A DNA stretch of 64,000 bases from positions 256,001 to 320,000 of the forward strand of contig CAXXVZ010000003.1 in assembly GCA_963678065.2 (NCBI GenBank), written 5' to 3'. This DNA is from Treponemataceae bacterium. Lineage in GTDB: Bacteria; Spirochaetota; Spirochaetia; Treponematales; Rectinemataceae. Shown in pieces: positions 1-10,153 of this stretch (position 1 is its first letter; the number at the start of each line of letters is the position of its first letter). The translations under genes were made by a program, and so were the position numbers. A model generated the notes under the pieces. The model was not told the DNA's origin. It searched no databases and saw nothing but the letters and a program-made list of their open reading frames with translations.

Positions 1-87
1 CTGTTTAAATATGATGAGGCTGATACACTATATAAATATATGAAGAGTATTATAATTTCACACAAGTTGCCACTCCATTCTAGGTGA
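1..87 (+). CDS. 3' end of an upstream gene (partial), possibly a glycosyltransferase
   Basis: Frame 1 is open from the window edge (LFKYDEADTLYKYMK...) to TGA at 85-87, 4 nt before the next ATG. Product is guessed from context only. Confidence 0.4.
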   Translation: MFKYDEADTLYKYMKSIIISHKLPLHSR

Positions 88-91
88 TGAA

Positions 92-1432
92 ATGAAGCCA
101 GCAGGAGTTGTTCTAGTCGTTATTGTAATTTGGCTAATGCTGAAATATCAAGATGTAAAGGTATTGTATGCACGATTGTTAGGTATTGCAATATCTTTGG
201 AACTGTTTGTTAATATCGGCTATTTTGCAATACTTGGCACAAATGAAATTATGTACAGCGACATATTAGTAGGCTTGACTTCATTATTATCCCTTTCTTT
301 AGGTGTGGTGAGAAAGCGAAGTCAAGTTAAAGAAAATACTAATCTCAATATAAAAGCACTATTATTCATTATTGCTCTAATTTTCAGTTGCATATTACTT
401 GTGGCTATGCCGTTTAGGAGTGATAGTAATGTAGTTCTGTCAGTATTTACATTTATGCAGTCTGACATAAACAACACAATAGCTTTCAATGGATCAACGA
501 TATTGCGCTTTATACGATTTATATTATTCGTTATTTGTGGCGTGGGTATCGTAAATTGTAATGAAGGCAGGAATGACCTTATAAGAATAAGCATACGTTA
601 TGTTTACAATTTCGGCATTTTCATCTTTATTTATCTTGTTTTTGAGTTTACTACGAAAAGTATTTTAAAGAGTCTATTGTCATATGATTTGACTGCATTG
701 TTATTTGGGCGAGGTGGGTCCACGTTGAGTTATCTGCTAAATCGAGGTGGTTTATATGCTTTACAGGGCTTGACGAGAGAGCCGATCTATCTTTCAACCG
801 GACTGTTTACTGCAAGTATAATCATTTTTCTTTCTGATTTAGACAAAAAAAGAAAATATTTTTTCATTATTTGCTCAGCAATCTATATTTTGGCTTCTGC
901 GTCTTTCTCTGGGGTCTTGTTTGGGCTTATGCTGTTTATTATTGTGAATAAAGGTAATAATAGCGCACCTTTCAAGATTGCAACAATCGCGGGAATAATA
1001 ATAGTATTTGTTCTGTTCATAATTAACAATACAACGATTACATATATTAACTATGTGATACAGCGGATGTTTAATTTTTTGTCGTTTCTCTCAAAAGACT
1101 TTATTTTCAATAATTCGACGTCCGATCAAACTAGGTTGAAGGGTATTATAGAAGCGTTTTATTTTTGGATACATAGACCTTTATTCGGCATCGGGCTTGG
1201 AACATATGATACATACGCAGCGATACCAAGCATACTATGCAATATTGGTATTGTCGGTACAGTAGCTTGGTGCTCATTTGCTAAAGCGATGTTCGGGAAG
1301 TCTTTAAAAAAAACATCCCAAACCGTGCTTGTATGTATGATAATTGCATTTACCTTCAGCGGATCAATTGGAATTATGTATTCTATCTCATTACTTTTTA
1401 TTTTATATCTATTGAGAGATGAAAGGTTGTAA
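92..1432 (+). CDS. Wzy/O-antigen ligase-like polytopic membrane protein (putative polysaccharide polymerase)
   Basis: 446 aa with many hydrophobic segments; TSDQTR...HRPLFGIGLG motif typical of the Wzy_C/O-antigen ligase family; lies in a glycan locus. Confidence 0.7.
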   Translation: MKPAGVVLVVIVIWLMLKYQDVKVLYARLLGIAISLELFVNIGYFAILGTNEIMYSDILVGLTSLLSLSLGVVRKRSQVKENTNLNIKALLFIIALIFSCILLVAMPFRSDSNVVLSVFTFMQSDINNTIAFNGSTILRFIRFILFVICGVGIVNCNEGRNDLIRISIRYVYNFGIFIFIYLVFEFTTKSILKSLLSYDLTALLFGRGGSTLSYLLNRGGLYALQGLTREPIYLSTGLFTASIIIFLSDLDKKRKYFFIICSAIYILASASFSGVLFGLMLFIIVNKGNNSAPFKIATIAGIIIVFVLFIINNTTITYINYVIQRMFNFLSFLSKDFIFNNSTSDQTRLKGIIEAFYFWIHRPLFGIGLGTYDTYAAIPSILCNIGIVGTVAWCSFAKAMFGKSLKKTSQTVLVCMIIAFTFSGSIGIMYSISLLFILYLLRDERL

Positions 1433-1641
1433 GCACCAATAACAGGAACCCTGCATTCGCGGAATATTTTATATGATACTTACTGCAATGCTATATAGTA
1501 TAATACTATAATAATATTATTGCATATTTGTGCCATATAATATTTATATGATACTCTAATATTGTTCTCGAATATATACCCAGGAAAAACGAGATTGTCA
1601 GGTTAGTGAAGGAAACAGCTGAAATCGTTCTGACAAGAGTA

Positions 1642-2213
1642 TGGTGGACCCCGAAAACTGGACAGCAGAGGAAAGTTGCTGTTCAATGATGAACGGGGGG
1701 AATCATGGGAGAACATCGCATCCGGAGAACTGCCCAACTCACGTTCACGATCGCAGTTGAAGCGATAAAAGGGCAGAAGCAGATCAGTGAACTCGCAACG
1801 GAGTATGGAGTGCATCCCCAGCAGATAAGCGAATGGAAACGGCAATTGCTCGAGCATGGGACCGACGTGTTCGCCAGTGTAGCAGAACGTGATGCCAAAC
1901 GGATAGAAGAAGAACGAGAAGAGCTCTACAAAACGGTTGGGCACCAGAAAGTACAGATTGATTGGTTAAAAAAAAGTCTCAGGATCTCCCGATTACCGAA
2001 CGAAGAGCCCTGATCATGGCGCACACTGAGTTGAGTATCACTGAGCAATGCGCCTTGGTCGAGCTTCATCGATCGACATATTACTATGGTGCACAAGGAG
2101 AAACGGAAGAAAATCTGATGTATATGCGTCGAATAGACGAACTGTATACCGACAATCCCGCATGGGGATCCCGGAAGATGCGGGACAGACTACGCGAGGA
2201 AGGTCATGGCGTG
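1642..2213 (+). mobile_element. IS3-family element, 3'-truncated (IRL, orfA and start of orfB)
   Basis: IRL-like TGGTGGACCCCGAAAACTGGACA at 1642; HTH orfA 1705-2013 (ELATEYGVHPQQISEWK); A8G slippery site at 1968-1976; orfB (LSITEQC..LHRSTYYY...WGSRKM) stops abruptly at 2213. Confidence 0.85.
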
Positions 2214-2238
2214 TGTCAACGCCGACGAGAAATTGCCT
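2214..2238 (+). mobile_element. Orphan IS21-type terminal repeat
   Basis: TGTCAACGCCGACGAGAAATTGCCT, identical to 29298-29322; sits exactly at the IS3/IS5 junction. Confidence 0.7.
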
Positions 2239-2791
2239 AATCACGGTCTATACCGTGACAGATGCGAGTGTGCATGACAGCAATGAATTGGAAAAGCTTG
2301 TTGATATCAAGAAAGACACATCGGTGTATGCAGATAGCGCATACAAAGGCGAAGAGATAGAAAAATGCCTTGGCAGCGATATTGAAAATAACATCATCGA
2401 GAAAGGATATCGGAACAAGCCTCTGACAGACGAACAGAAAGTGCAGAACCGGATAAAATCGAAAACACGAGTGAGGATAGAGCATGTGTTTGGATTCATG
2501 ACGACCACATTGCGAGGGATCATGATACGGAGCATCGGAAAAGTGAGAGCGGAGTTCAATATTGGATTACTGAATCTGACATACAATATGTGTCGGTATA
2601 TCTTTCTTGTCAGGAGTCCATGCTAAGGGGAACTGGTAGGCTCGAGACCTCGAGCTGGTGATAATCGCTTGCAAATTCAGTGTTCTGAAGGACGGGAATC
2701 ATGCTGAAACATCGAATTCCCCGTCAAGGTAGTGAAGTGGTGGCTGCATGAAGACCAGATTTGACTTCGAAGCTGGTTTTTCGAGGTGCCC
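2237..2791 (+). mobile_element. IS5-family element, 5'-truncated (C-terminal DDE fragment and right end)
   Basis: LITVYTVTDASVHDS...YADSAY...SKTRVRIEHVFG to stop at 2626; end TTTTTCGAGGTGCCC at 2791 followed by TTAA. Confidence 0.85.
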
Positions 2792-2848
2792 TTAAATATT
2801 GCTGAAATCAGTAATTCTTATCAGTAAAAAGCAGTAAAGAATTTTTTC

Positions 2849-2872
2849 GGTATAAAATCGCGGGAATCCAGG
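2849..2872. mobile_element. Orphan IS1634-type terminal repeat
   Basis: GGTATAAAATCGCGGGAATCCAGG matches the IS1634 end at 15532-15555 at 20/24 positions. Confidence 0.65.
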
Positions 2873-2890
2873 TTGAAGAGCAATAATTAT

Positions 2891-4114
2891 ATGCGAATAC
2901 TAATACTATCTCAATTTTGCGATCCGGAGCCCACTTTTAAAGGATTAGCCTTTGCAAAGGAACTTATGGACCTCGGCCATGATGTTCAAATCTTAACTGG
3001 TTTCCCTAACTATCCCAAAGGTAGTATTTCCCTTGGATATAAAAATCGTCTATTCCAACGCGAATTTATTGAAGGTGTTTCAATTATAAGAGTAGCACTT
3101 TATCCAAGCCACGATAATTCAAATAGTAAACGAATGCTTAGCTATATTAGCTTTGCGTTTTTTGCATCTATCCCAGGATTATTCCTCGTAAAAAAGCCAG
3201 ATTTAATTTACGTTTACTATACCCACATTACAATAGAAGTACCAGCCATGATGCTGAAATTTCTACGTAGAGTACCTATTGTATATGATATTATGGATCT
3301 TTGGCCAGATACACTGAATGTTAGTGGTATGAAAGTCAGTAAATGGTTTTTAAAGTCTGTTGAATCATGGTGTCATTTTTCATATCGTATGGCTGATCAT
3401 ATAGTTGTTCCTTCTCCATCTCAAAAAAAGATTCTGAATGAGAGGGGCGTTCCTAAAGATAAGGTCTCGGTAATATATAACTGGAGTTATGAATTTCATA
3501 CAATATCGAATGTTTTTTCCGAAACTGAAAAACATAAAATTAATGATAAAGGATACTTTACTATTGTCTATGCAGGAAATATGGGTAAGGCACAAGCTCT
3601 TGATGCTGTGCTTGAAGCAGCTCTAATTATTGCAAATAAATCACTTGATATTAATTTTATCTTCATTGGTTGGGGAGTTGACGTTTCGCGTTTACAACAA
3701 AAAAAAGTAGAAAAAAAAGTATTCAACGTTATTTTTCTTCCTCAAATCCCCGTATCAGAAATTGGATCTATATTCAGAATGGCTGATGCTCTGTTGGTCC
3801 ACCTTAAGGATACTCCTTTATTTGAAATGACAATACCTTCAAAAACTCAGGCATATCTTGCAGCTGGTCGTCCTATAATTATGGCTGCGCGTGGAGATGC
3901 GGCTGAGTTAGTTGAAAAAGCCGGAGCAGGTATTGCTTGTATTCCAGAAGATGCTGAAAGCATTTCCTCCGCCATCGAAAAGATGTATCATTTGCCTCAA
4001 GTACAGAGGGATATTATGGGAAATAATGGTTTGCATTACTATTGGCAAGAACTATCGAGGAATATTGGTGTAAAAAAATTCAACAAACTATTTACTTCAT
4101 TGGTATCAAAATGA
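2891..4114 (+). CDS. GT4 glycosyltransferase, WbuB-like
   Basis: MRILILSQF..PE, TGFPNYPKG, DLWPD, YAGNMGKAQAL, TIPSKTQAYLAAGRPI. Confidence 0.9.
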   Translation: MRILILSQFCDPEPTFKGLAFAKELMDLGHDVQILTGFPNYPKGSISLGYKNRLFQREFIEGVSIIRVALYPSHDNSNSKRMLSYISFAFFASIPGLFLVKKPDLIYVYYTHITIEVPAMMLKFLRRVPIVYDIMDLWPDTLNVSGMKVSKWFLKSVESWCHFSYRMADHIVVPSPSQKKILNERGVPKDKVSVIYNWSYEFHTISNVFSETEKHKINDKGYFTIVYAGNMGKAQALDAVLEAALIIANKSLDINFIFIGWGVDVSRLQQKKVEKKVFNVIFLPQIPVSEIGSIFRMADALLVHLKDTPLFEMTIPSKTQAYLAAGRPIIMAARGDAAELVEKAGAGIACIPEDAESISSAIEKMYHLPQVQRDIMGNNGLHYYWQELSRNIGVKKFNKLFTSLVSK

Positions 4115-4740
4115 ACGAAAAGACAACGATACATAGAGTATGCAACTATTTCACCTGTCATTATTCAAGGTGTAGTAGTTTTTGGGGAAGATTGCTCTTC
4201 CGCCACGGTGAAACAGAAAGAAGACAAATTGTTAGTCAATGGATTCCTACGACGCAAGGCCTTAGCATTATTGATGTTGGCTGTGGTGATGGTAAATTTC
4301 TTTCTTCAATTATCTCCGGCTATCCAAAGAAGATTGTGATTGAAGATATTTCAAGCTCGAATATATCGGAAGCATATCAAAATCTTAAAAATAAAGCTGA
4401 GGACGTAGAAAAACATGTATGTAACTCTTTAATAGCAGAATTCGGTAATTTTGACTTGGTATTAGCTATTGGTATTTTCGATTATTACCCAAATTGGAAA
4501 AATTTTCTTAAGAAACTGCTGCTTCATTCACAAGAGTGTATTATTATAAGTCTGCCTAGAATCGATCACCTCAGAAATTGGGTTCGTTTTGTGTGGTTCC
4601 TTATACATGGCATTCAACTACAGATGCTAGATCGAAAACGACTTGTAAACGCAATTACTATATTAGGACTACCCTTCGAGATACAACTAGCTCGTTTTGA
4701 ATGGTTCGTGCGTATATTTACAAATAAAAAGCCAAAATGA
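4111..4740 (+). CDS. Class I SAM-dependent methyltransferase
   Basis: IIDVGCGDG motif I and FDLVLAIGIFDY; ATGA overlap with the upstream gene. Confidence 0.85.
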   Translation: MNEKTTIHRVCNYFTCHYSRCSSFWGRLLFRHGETERRQIVSQWIPTTQGLSIIDVGCGDGKFLSSIISGYPKKIVIEDISSSNISEAYQNLKNKAEDVEKHVCNSLIAEFGNFDLVLAIGIFDYYPNWKNFLKKLLLHSQECIIISLPRIDHLRNWVRFVWFLIHGIQLQMLDRKRLVNAITILGLPFEIQLARFEWFVRIFTNKKPK

Positions 4741-6137
4741 GAATTGTTCTGATCAATCCGTCTTTTTCTTCTCGAATCGAAGGGCATTGGTCTGGTTATG
4801 CCTCATTAGGACTCGCGTATCTTGCTGCGGTACTTCTTGAAAAAAAACATGATGTTTTTATAATTGATGGAAAAATAAAAAAAATTCCACTTAACGATAT
4901 CGTACAACGTTGCGTACAATTAAAGCCAGATCTTGTGGGGATATCTTCTATGACTGTAGATTTCCCAATGACAAAAAAAATTGCTTATTACATTAAGCAA
5001 CAGAGTAATATCCCTATTATTCTTGGAGGCGCACACAGCAATGCGATAGGAGAAGGAGCTCTTGCAGAGTGTTTAGATATTGATTTTTGTTGTGTTGGAG
5101 AAGGAGAACAACTTTTACTTGAATTAATTGCTTGCATTAAAGTACAAAGTCACTTTGATGAGGTTAAAGGACTTGTTTATAGGAATAATAACGATATTGT
5201 GGTGAATACTTCTAGACCCTATCGCCTTGATTACGATATTTTACCATTTCCTGCATGGCACCTTTTTCCCCCTATGTCAAAACTCCCAATACTTACGTAT
5301 CGAGGGTGTCCTTTTAAATGTGTTTTTTGTAGTCACAATTCTGGAAATACAGCAAGATATCGAAGTGTTGATGATGTTATTGCTGAACTTTTGTACATTC
5401 ACAAACATTATCAACCCAAACAGATACAATTTGAAGATGAGACTTTTGGTTTAGATACTGAAAGGACTAAAGTAATTTTACAAAAAATAATTGATTGTAA
5501 ATTGAATCAACGAATATGTTTTTCTGCACAAACTCGAGTGGATTGCGTTGATAAGAAATTTCTGGATCTACTCAAGGCTGCCAACTTTACCATCTTGGAA
5601 CTTGGTGTGGAATCTGGCAGTGATGAAGTGCTAAAACGTATCGGGAAAGGGATAACAATTGCCCAGGTTAAAGAGGCTGTCAAATTGGCTCGAGAGAGTC
5701 GATTGAACGTATGGTGTAAATTTATTCTTGGCCATCCAAACGAAACAATTCATGAAATGCAGGAAACAGTACGTTTAATCAGCGATTTAAATCCAAACCA
5801 GCTATCAGTGGCTATTATGACGCCTTATCCTGGAACGCCAATATACAGAATGGCAATAAATGGAGAAAATGGCTATCGGCTTCTTTCCTCTGAATGGGAA
5901 TCATTTGACAAGTATATGGGAGCGGCTCTTGAATTAGAAACTGTGAGTTTGACGCGACTTAAATTGATTCAGATCTGGTGTTATCTGCGTCTTTATTTAT
6001 CAAATTTTCGATTTCTCGATTTCTTTTGCCTTCTGTTTCGTCAACATATAATGGTTTTTGGATTGGCTAAAAATCTTTTGACACAAATACTAAAAAAAGT
6101 ATTCAATATGGCCAATGGAGAGAGGCGAAATGGATAA
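4737..6137 (+). CDS. B12-binding radical SAM protein
   Basis: N-terminal cobalamin-binding domain (LGLAYLAA, IILGGAH); RGCPFKCVFC (CxxxCxxC); GVESGS; PYPGTP. Confidence 0.92.
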   Translation: MRIVLINPSFSSRIEGHWSGYASLGLAYLAAVLLEKKHDVFIIDGKIKKIPLNDIVQRCVQLKPDLVGISSMTVDFPMTKKIAYYIKQQSNIPIILGGAHSNAIGEGALAECLDIDFCCVGEGEQLLLELIACIKVQSHFDEVKGLVYRNNNDIVVNTSRPYRLDYDILPFPAWHLFPPMSKLPILTYRGCPFKCVFCSHNSGNTARYRSVDDVIAELLYIHKHYQPKQIQFEDETFGLDTERTKVILQKIIDCKLNQRICFSAQTRVDCVDKKFLDLLKAANFTILELGVESGSDEVLKRIGKGITIAQVKEAVKLARESRLNVWCKFILGHPNETIHEMQETVRLISDLNPNQLSVAIMTPYPGTPIYRMAINGENGYRLLSSEWESFDKYMGAALELETVSLTRLKLIQIWCYLRLYLSNFRFLDFFCLLFRQHIMVFGLAKNLLTQILKKVFNMANGERRNG

Positions 6138-6816
6138 TGGGGAAAAACCACAAAAACGAATCTTGGTTATTTCGCCACACGCTGATGATGAAGTTATTGG
6201 ATGTGGTGGGATGATTACTCTTGCCTCAAAAGCTGGCATAAATGTAACTATAATCGTCATGTCTACTGGTGGAGTAAAACATTGTCACCTAAAGGAAATG
6301 GCAGTAACAGAAAAACGAGTTTCGGAATTAAAGACATGTGCACTGCAACTAGGAGCTTCTTGTACAAAGGTACTATTTCCAGACAAGGATATGAAATTGG
6401 AAACGATACCCAGTTTAGAAATTGTAACTTCTCTTGATAATGTACTAAATGAAAATGAGTATGATGAATGTTATCTTCCTGAACCTAGTTATAATATAGA
6501 TCATCGAATAACATATGAATCCGCAATGGCGGCTTTGAGACCTGGTGCAAGGCGATATCCACTTATGGTTGCCACTTTTGAAGGGACAACCTCGGGTTGG
6601 TGGAGCAAAGCAATAACAGGTGGTTCATTCTATGTGAATATAACGTCAACCATTGAAAACAAGCTTTTTGCTTTTAAGGCTTACCAAAGTCAAATACGTT
6701 CTTATCCTAATTTAATTTCTTCAAAAGCAATAAGAAGGTTAGCGTCATTTCGAGGAATGCAGTGTGGCGTCGAATACGCCGAATTATTTCAGATAATTCG
6801 TATGATAAAAATATGA
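6130..6816 (+). CDS. PIG-L/LmbE family de-N-acetylase
   Basis: ISPHADDEVIGCGG, NIDH, AYQSQ and YAELF motifs. Confidence 0.9.
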   Translation: MDNGEKPQKRILVISPHADDEVIGCGGMITLASKAGINVTIIVMSTGGVKHCHLKEMAVTEKRVSELKTCALQLGASCTKVLFPDKDMKLETIPSLEIVTSLDNVLNENEYDECYLPEPSYNIDHRITYESAMAALRPGARRYPLMVATFEGTTSGWWSKAITGGSFYVNITSTIENKLFAFKAYQSQIRSYPNLISSKAIRRLASFRGMQCGVEYAELFQIIRMIKI

Positions 6817-7451
6817 AACGATATCGATCAAAAGATTTTATGTTTTTATGGGAATATTCTCAAAGACTGATTGCGATTTTCCTACTTCTTCCTGCTTTTG
6901 CTATTATTCTACCAATTGGGTTAATTATTTTCTTGGTTTCTCCAGGAGCCATTTTGATCAAACAGCCTCGAGAAGGTAAAAATGGCACAATATTTAACAT
7001 GCTTAAGCTTCGGACAATGGTAGCAGATGCTGAAAATTATTTGCGGAAGTATCTCAAAGAAAATAAAACTGCGAACCAAGAGTGGATTACATATGGTAGG
7101 TTAATTGACGATCCCCGAATTGCTGGTCGGGTAGCAAAATTTGCAAGGCGCTTTAGTATCGATGAATTACCACAACTTCTAAATGTAGTTTGTGGAGAAA
7201 TGAATCTTGTCGGCCCTCGACCATTACCGCCTGAGATTGCGAGACTTATATCATCTTCAAATCTAGAAATACGACGTAAAGTTTTACCGGGTATAACTGG
7301 TCTTTGGCAGGTTTCAGGCCGTAGCGAATTGAAAATTTCAGAAATCGGTTTATTGGATAAAATATATGTAGAACGACATAACATTTTTTTTGATATAGGG
7401 ATTTTATTGCGTACAGTTTTAGTTGTGGTTTCTGGTAATGGAGCTTACTGA
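6813..7451 (+). CDS. Bacterial sugar transferase (monotopic phosphoglycosyl transferase)
   Basis: KLRTM, DDPRI, SIDELPQLLNV..GEMNLVGPRP, PGITGLWQVSGRS. Confidence 0.92.
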   Translation: MKRYRSKDFMFLWEYSQRLIAIFLLLPAFAIILPIGLIIFLVSPGAILIKQPREGKNGTIFNMLKLRTMVADAENYLRKYLKENKTANQEWITYGRLIDDPRIAGRVAKFARRFSIDELPQLLNVVCGEMNLVGPRPLPPEIARLISSSNLEIRRKVLPGITGLWQVSGRSELKISEIGLLDKIYVERHNIFFDIGILLRTVLVVVSGNGAY

Positions 7452-7555
7452 AAGTAAGCGTCAAATTGATTTGGCTACAAGTCTAATAAGGAAGTCTAAA
7501 TTATACTTAAAATACGAAAAAATGTACTATGTTTAGTAAAATGAGGCAGTGAGTA

Positions 7556-8776
7556 ATGATGAATATTCTATATGTTACAGACGCGTGGCATGGATTTTCG
7601 GAAGCCTTGTTTAACGGAGCTACATCAATCAATGGGCTTCCTTCTTTTGGACATGTTCTTGAGAAGATTGTTACTGATGGTAATAATGTAGATTTAATTG
7701 TTATTAATAATAGTAATAGTGATATACAATTGAACATTGGTTTGCCATGGATAAAAGAAAAACAGATAATTAAAATAGTTAATTATCGACAAACAATCGC
7801 CAGTAAGATTAGAGCTGCCGCAGAATTAATTGCTTGCTGTTTTTCTGCTGTAATAAAGAAACGTTACGATTTTATATATGCGCATGGGCTGGTTGCTGGC
7901 TTATCTATATTCGCTGCGAGATTTAAAAGAATCCCATTTGGTCAAAGATTGTATGGGACATTTTTGTGGGATGAATACCTGAAGAATCCTAAAACGTTGA
8001 GTGAATACTCATTGCATAAAAAGTATTACGATATCATCGCTTATCGTTATAAAAAAGCATTTCTGCTCATTACAAATGACGGTTCTCGCGGCGATTTTGC
8101 ATATGATAAAATCTGTAAAGATAAAACAAAGTTTGAATTTTTATACTGGATTAACGGCGTGAACCGGCTGAATCTGACGGAAGAAGAATGCGAGTCTATA
8201 TATAAGAAATACAATATAAAAAGACCATTCATTTTTTATGTGGCAAGATTTGACCGATGGAAGAACCAGGACCGCATACTAAGAATCATTCGACGCATGA
8301 AGGATGAGGGGGTAAATATCAATTGCTATTTCGCGGGCGCTGTGACTATAAAAAGTTATTACGGCGAAATAGTGACGCTTGTAAAAGAACTTGACATTGA
8401 AGATCGAGTATATTTTCTCGGTAATCTCAATTATACTGAAATTTCCGCGTTGCACAGATTGTCAACAGCATCTCTCGCACTTTATAGCGTGTGTAATTTT
8501 ACAAACGTATTTCATGAGATGCTAGCAAATAGAGCTGTCACTATTGTGAGGAGAGACGGTATTGTCGACGATGTTATTAAAAATGGCGAAAATGGCTATA
8601 TTGTCGGTGACGATGATGGTGAAATAATTAATATTATTAAAAACTTACTCAGATCTCCGGTATCGAACGATCTTCGCCAAAATGCATTAAAAACATCTTT
8701 CCGATATACAAAAGATTGGAATACAAGAATTAACGAAGAGATTGCGCTTATAAAAAAATTCGCGAAAACAAAATAA
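7556..8776 (+). CDS. GT4 glycosyltransferase
   Basis: GT-B fold motifs (FYVARFDRWKN, VYFLG, DVIKNGENGYIV). Confidence 0.8.
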   Translation: MMNILYVTDAWHGFSEALFNGATSINGLPSFGHVLEKIVTDGNNVDLIVINNSNSDIQLNIGLPWIKEKQIIKIVNYRQTIASKIRAAAELIACCFSAVIKKRYDFIYAHGLVAGLSIFAARFKRIPFGQRLYGTFLWDEYLKNPKTLSEYSLHKKYYDIIAYRYKKAFLLITNDGSRGDFAYDKICKDKTKFEFLYWINGVNRLNLTEEECESIYKKYNIKRPFIFYVARFDRWKNQDRILRIIRRMKDEGVNINCYFAGAVTIKSYYGEIVTLVKELDIEDRVYFLGNLNYTEISALHRLSTASLALYSVCNFTNVFHEMLANRAVTIVRRDGIVDDVIKNGENGYIVGDDDGEIINIIKNLLRSPVSNDLRQNALKTSFRYTKDWNTRINEEIALIKKFAKTK

Positions 8777-8888
8777 AGGGCTTGTAACAAATGGCTATGT
8801 TTACCACATGTAGTGCTTGAACAGCTATTTCATCATATTTTTACCGGATAAGGCACTGGCACTATAGGCATGGTACGGATAGTCGCTA

Positions 8889-10029
8889 GTGTTCCGTCTT
8901 TTACAGATTGCCTAATAGCCCTTGGCAGTTGCAATGCTCGAAGAAATTTGTTCAGCAGATTTTACCCATTTGAATTTACGACCTGATGTATTCCAGCCTT
9001 TGATGAAATCGTCTATCGCCTTTTCAAGTTCATCAACACTGGTCCAACTATCGCGCCGAATTCGCTTAGTGGTGATTTCTCCAAACCAGCGTTCAACAAG
9101 ATTCAGCCATGAAGAATGTGTCGGTATGAAGTGCTCAACAAATCGACCATTCATCGAATCCAGATATTTCCTGACCTCTTGAGTTTTATGTGCAGAATAA
9201 TTATCCGCAACGATATGAAGCGTCTTTCCCTTAGGGCTCTTGCGATTGACCATCTTCAAGAAAGAAATATAGTCAGCTGCCTTGTGTTGTTCCTTGCAGT
9301 CGCCGATTACTTTCCCGCTCACGACATTTAATGCTGCAAAAAGCGTTGTTGTACCATGGCGATAGTAGTCGTGAGATTGACGTTCAGGAACACCGGGAAG
9401 CAACGGTAGAATCGGCTGCGATCGCTCTACGGCTTGAATCTGTGATTTCTCGTCCACACAAAGAACTATCGAGTTCTCGGGAGGATTGAGATACAAGCCG
9501 ACGACATCTTCCAGCTTCTTTTCAAAATCAGGATCGGTGCTGAATTGAAAATGCTTCACCAGATGGGGCTTTAGTCCTCGTTCGCGAAGAATGGTATTCA
9601 CCGAGGAATGCCCTATGCCAAGTTTTTTTGCCAACTCTCTCGTACTCCAATGCGTTCCCTGTTCAGGTTTTTCATTGCAGACAAGCGTACAAAGCTCATT
9701 CTTTACTTCGATTGGAATTGGCTGTTTCCCTGGTTTTCTTGTTTTGTCAGTGAGTAAGGACTTTAATCCGCCCTCATTGTACCGGTGGACATACCGGCTC
9801 ACCGTGACATTATTAATCCCAAGAAACGCTGCTGTGTCGTTCGTTGATCGGTTATGGGCTCTGCTTAGGACGGTTTGAAGACGTACAGCATATTTGTGCT
9901 GAATATCCCCGATAGCTAAAATCTTTTCCATAAGGATAACGTCTTCTTTGGTCGTGTTCGGTTTTACTTCTTTCGCCATGTGGTAAGTATAGCATACTTT
10001 TATTAGGTTGTCTGTATTGGACAGTACAC
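8889..10029 (-). mobile_element. IS630-family element, apparently intact
   Basis: Ends GTGTTCCGTC...GACAGTACAC, each flanked by TA in a CTAG context; encloses a complete transposase. Confidence 0.9.
8912..9979 (-). CDS. IS630 transposase
   Basis: THWSTR, VLCVDEKSQIQA, DYYRHGT, ADNYSAHK, SWLNLVERWF. Confidence 0.95.
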   Translation of the reverse strand: MAKEVKPNTTKEDVILMEKILAIGDIQHKYAVRLQTVLSRAHNRSTNDTAAFLGINNVTVSRYVHRYNEGGLKSLLTDKTRKPGKQPIPIEVKNELCTLVCNEKPEQGTHWSTRELAKKLGIGHSSVNTILRERGLKPHLVKHFQFSTDPDFEKKLEDVVGLYLNPPENSIVLCVDEKSQIQAVERSQPILPLLPGVPERQSHDYYRHGTTTLFAALNVVSGKVIGDCKEQHKAADYISFLKMVNRKSPKGKTLHIVADNYSAHKTQEVRKYLDSMNGRFVEHFIPTHSSWLNLVERWFGEITTKRIRRDSWTSVDELEKAIDDFIKGWNTSGRKFKWVKSAEQISSSIATAKGY

Positions 10030-10153
10030 TAGTTTATCCTTTTCCTGAATGCTTTTTGATTTATACAGCAATACTACTTCGGGACATAAAAATGGAATAC
10101 CGTTATAGGTCAAACATATTTATCCTCTGCGCGGGAGCGTCAATCTACCATAC

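Noticed and set aside
8777..8800. Possible IS end GGGCTTGTAACAAA (also TTTTGAAAGCGCCTC near 19735-19749)
   Set aside because: Short, with no partner repeat or transposase remnant that I could identify.
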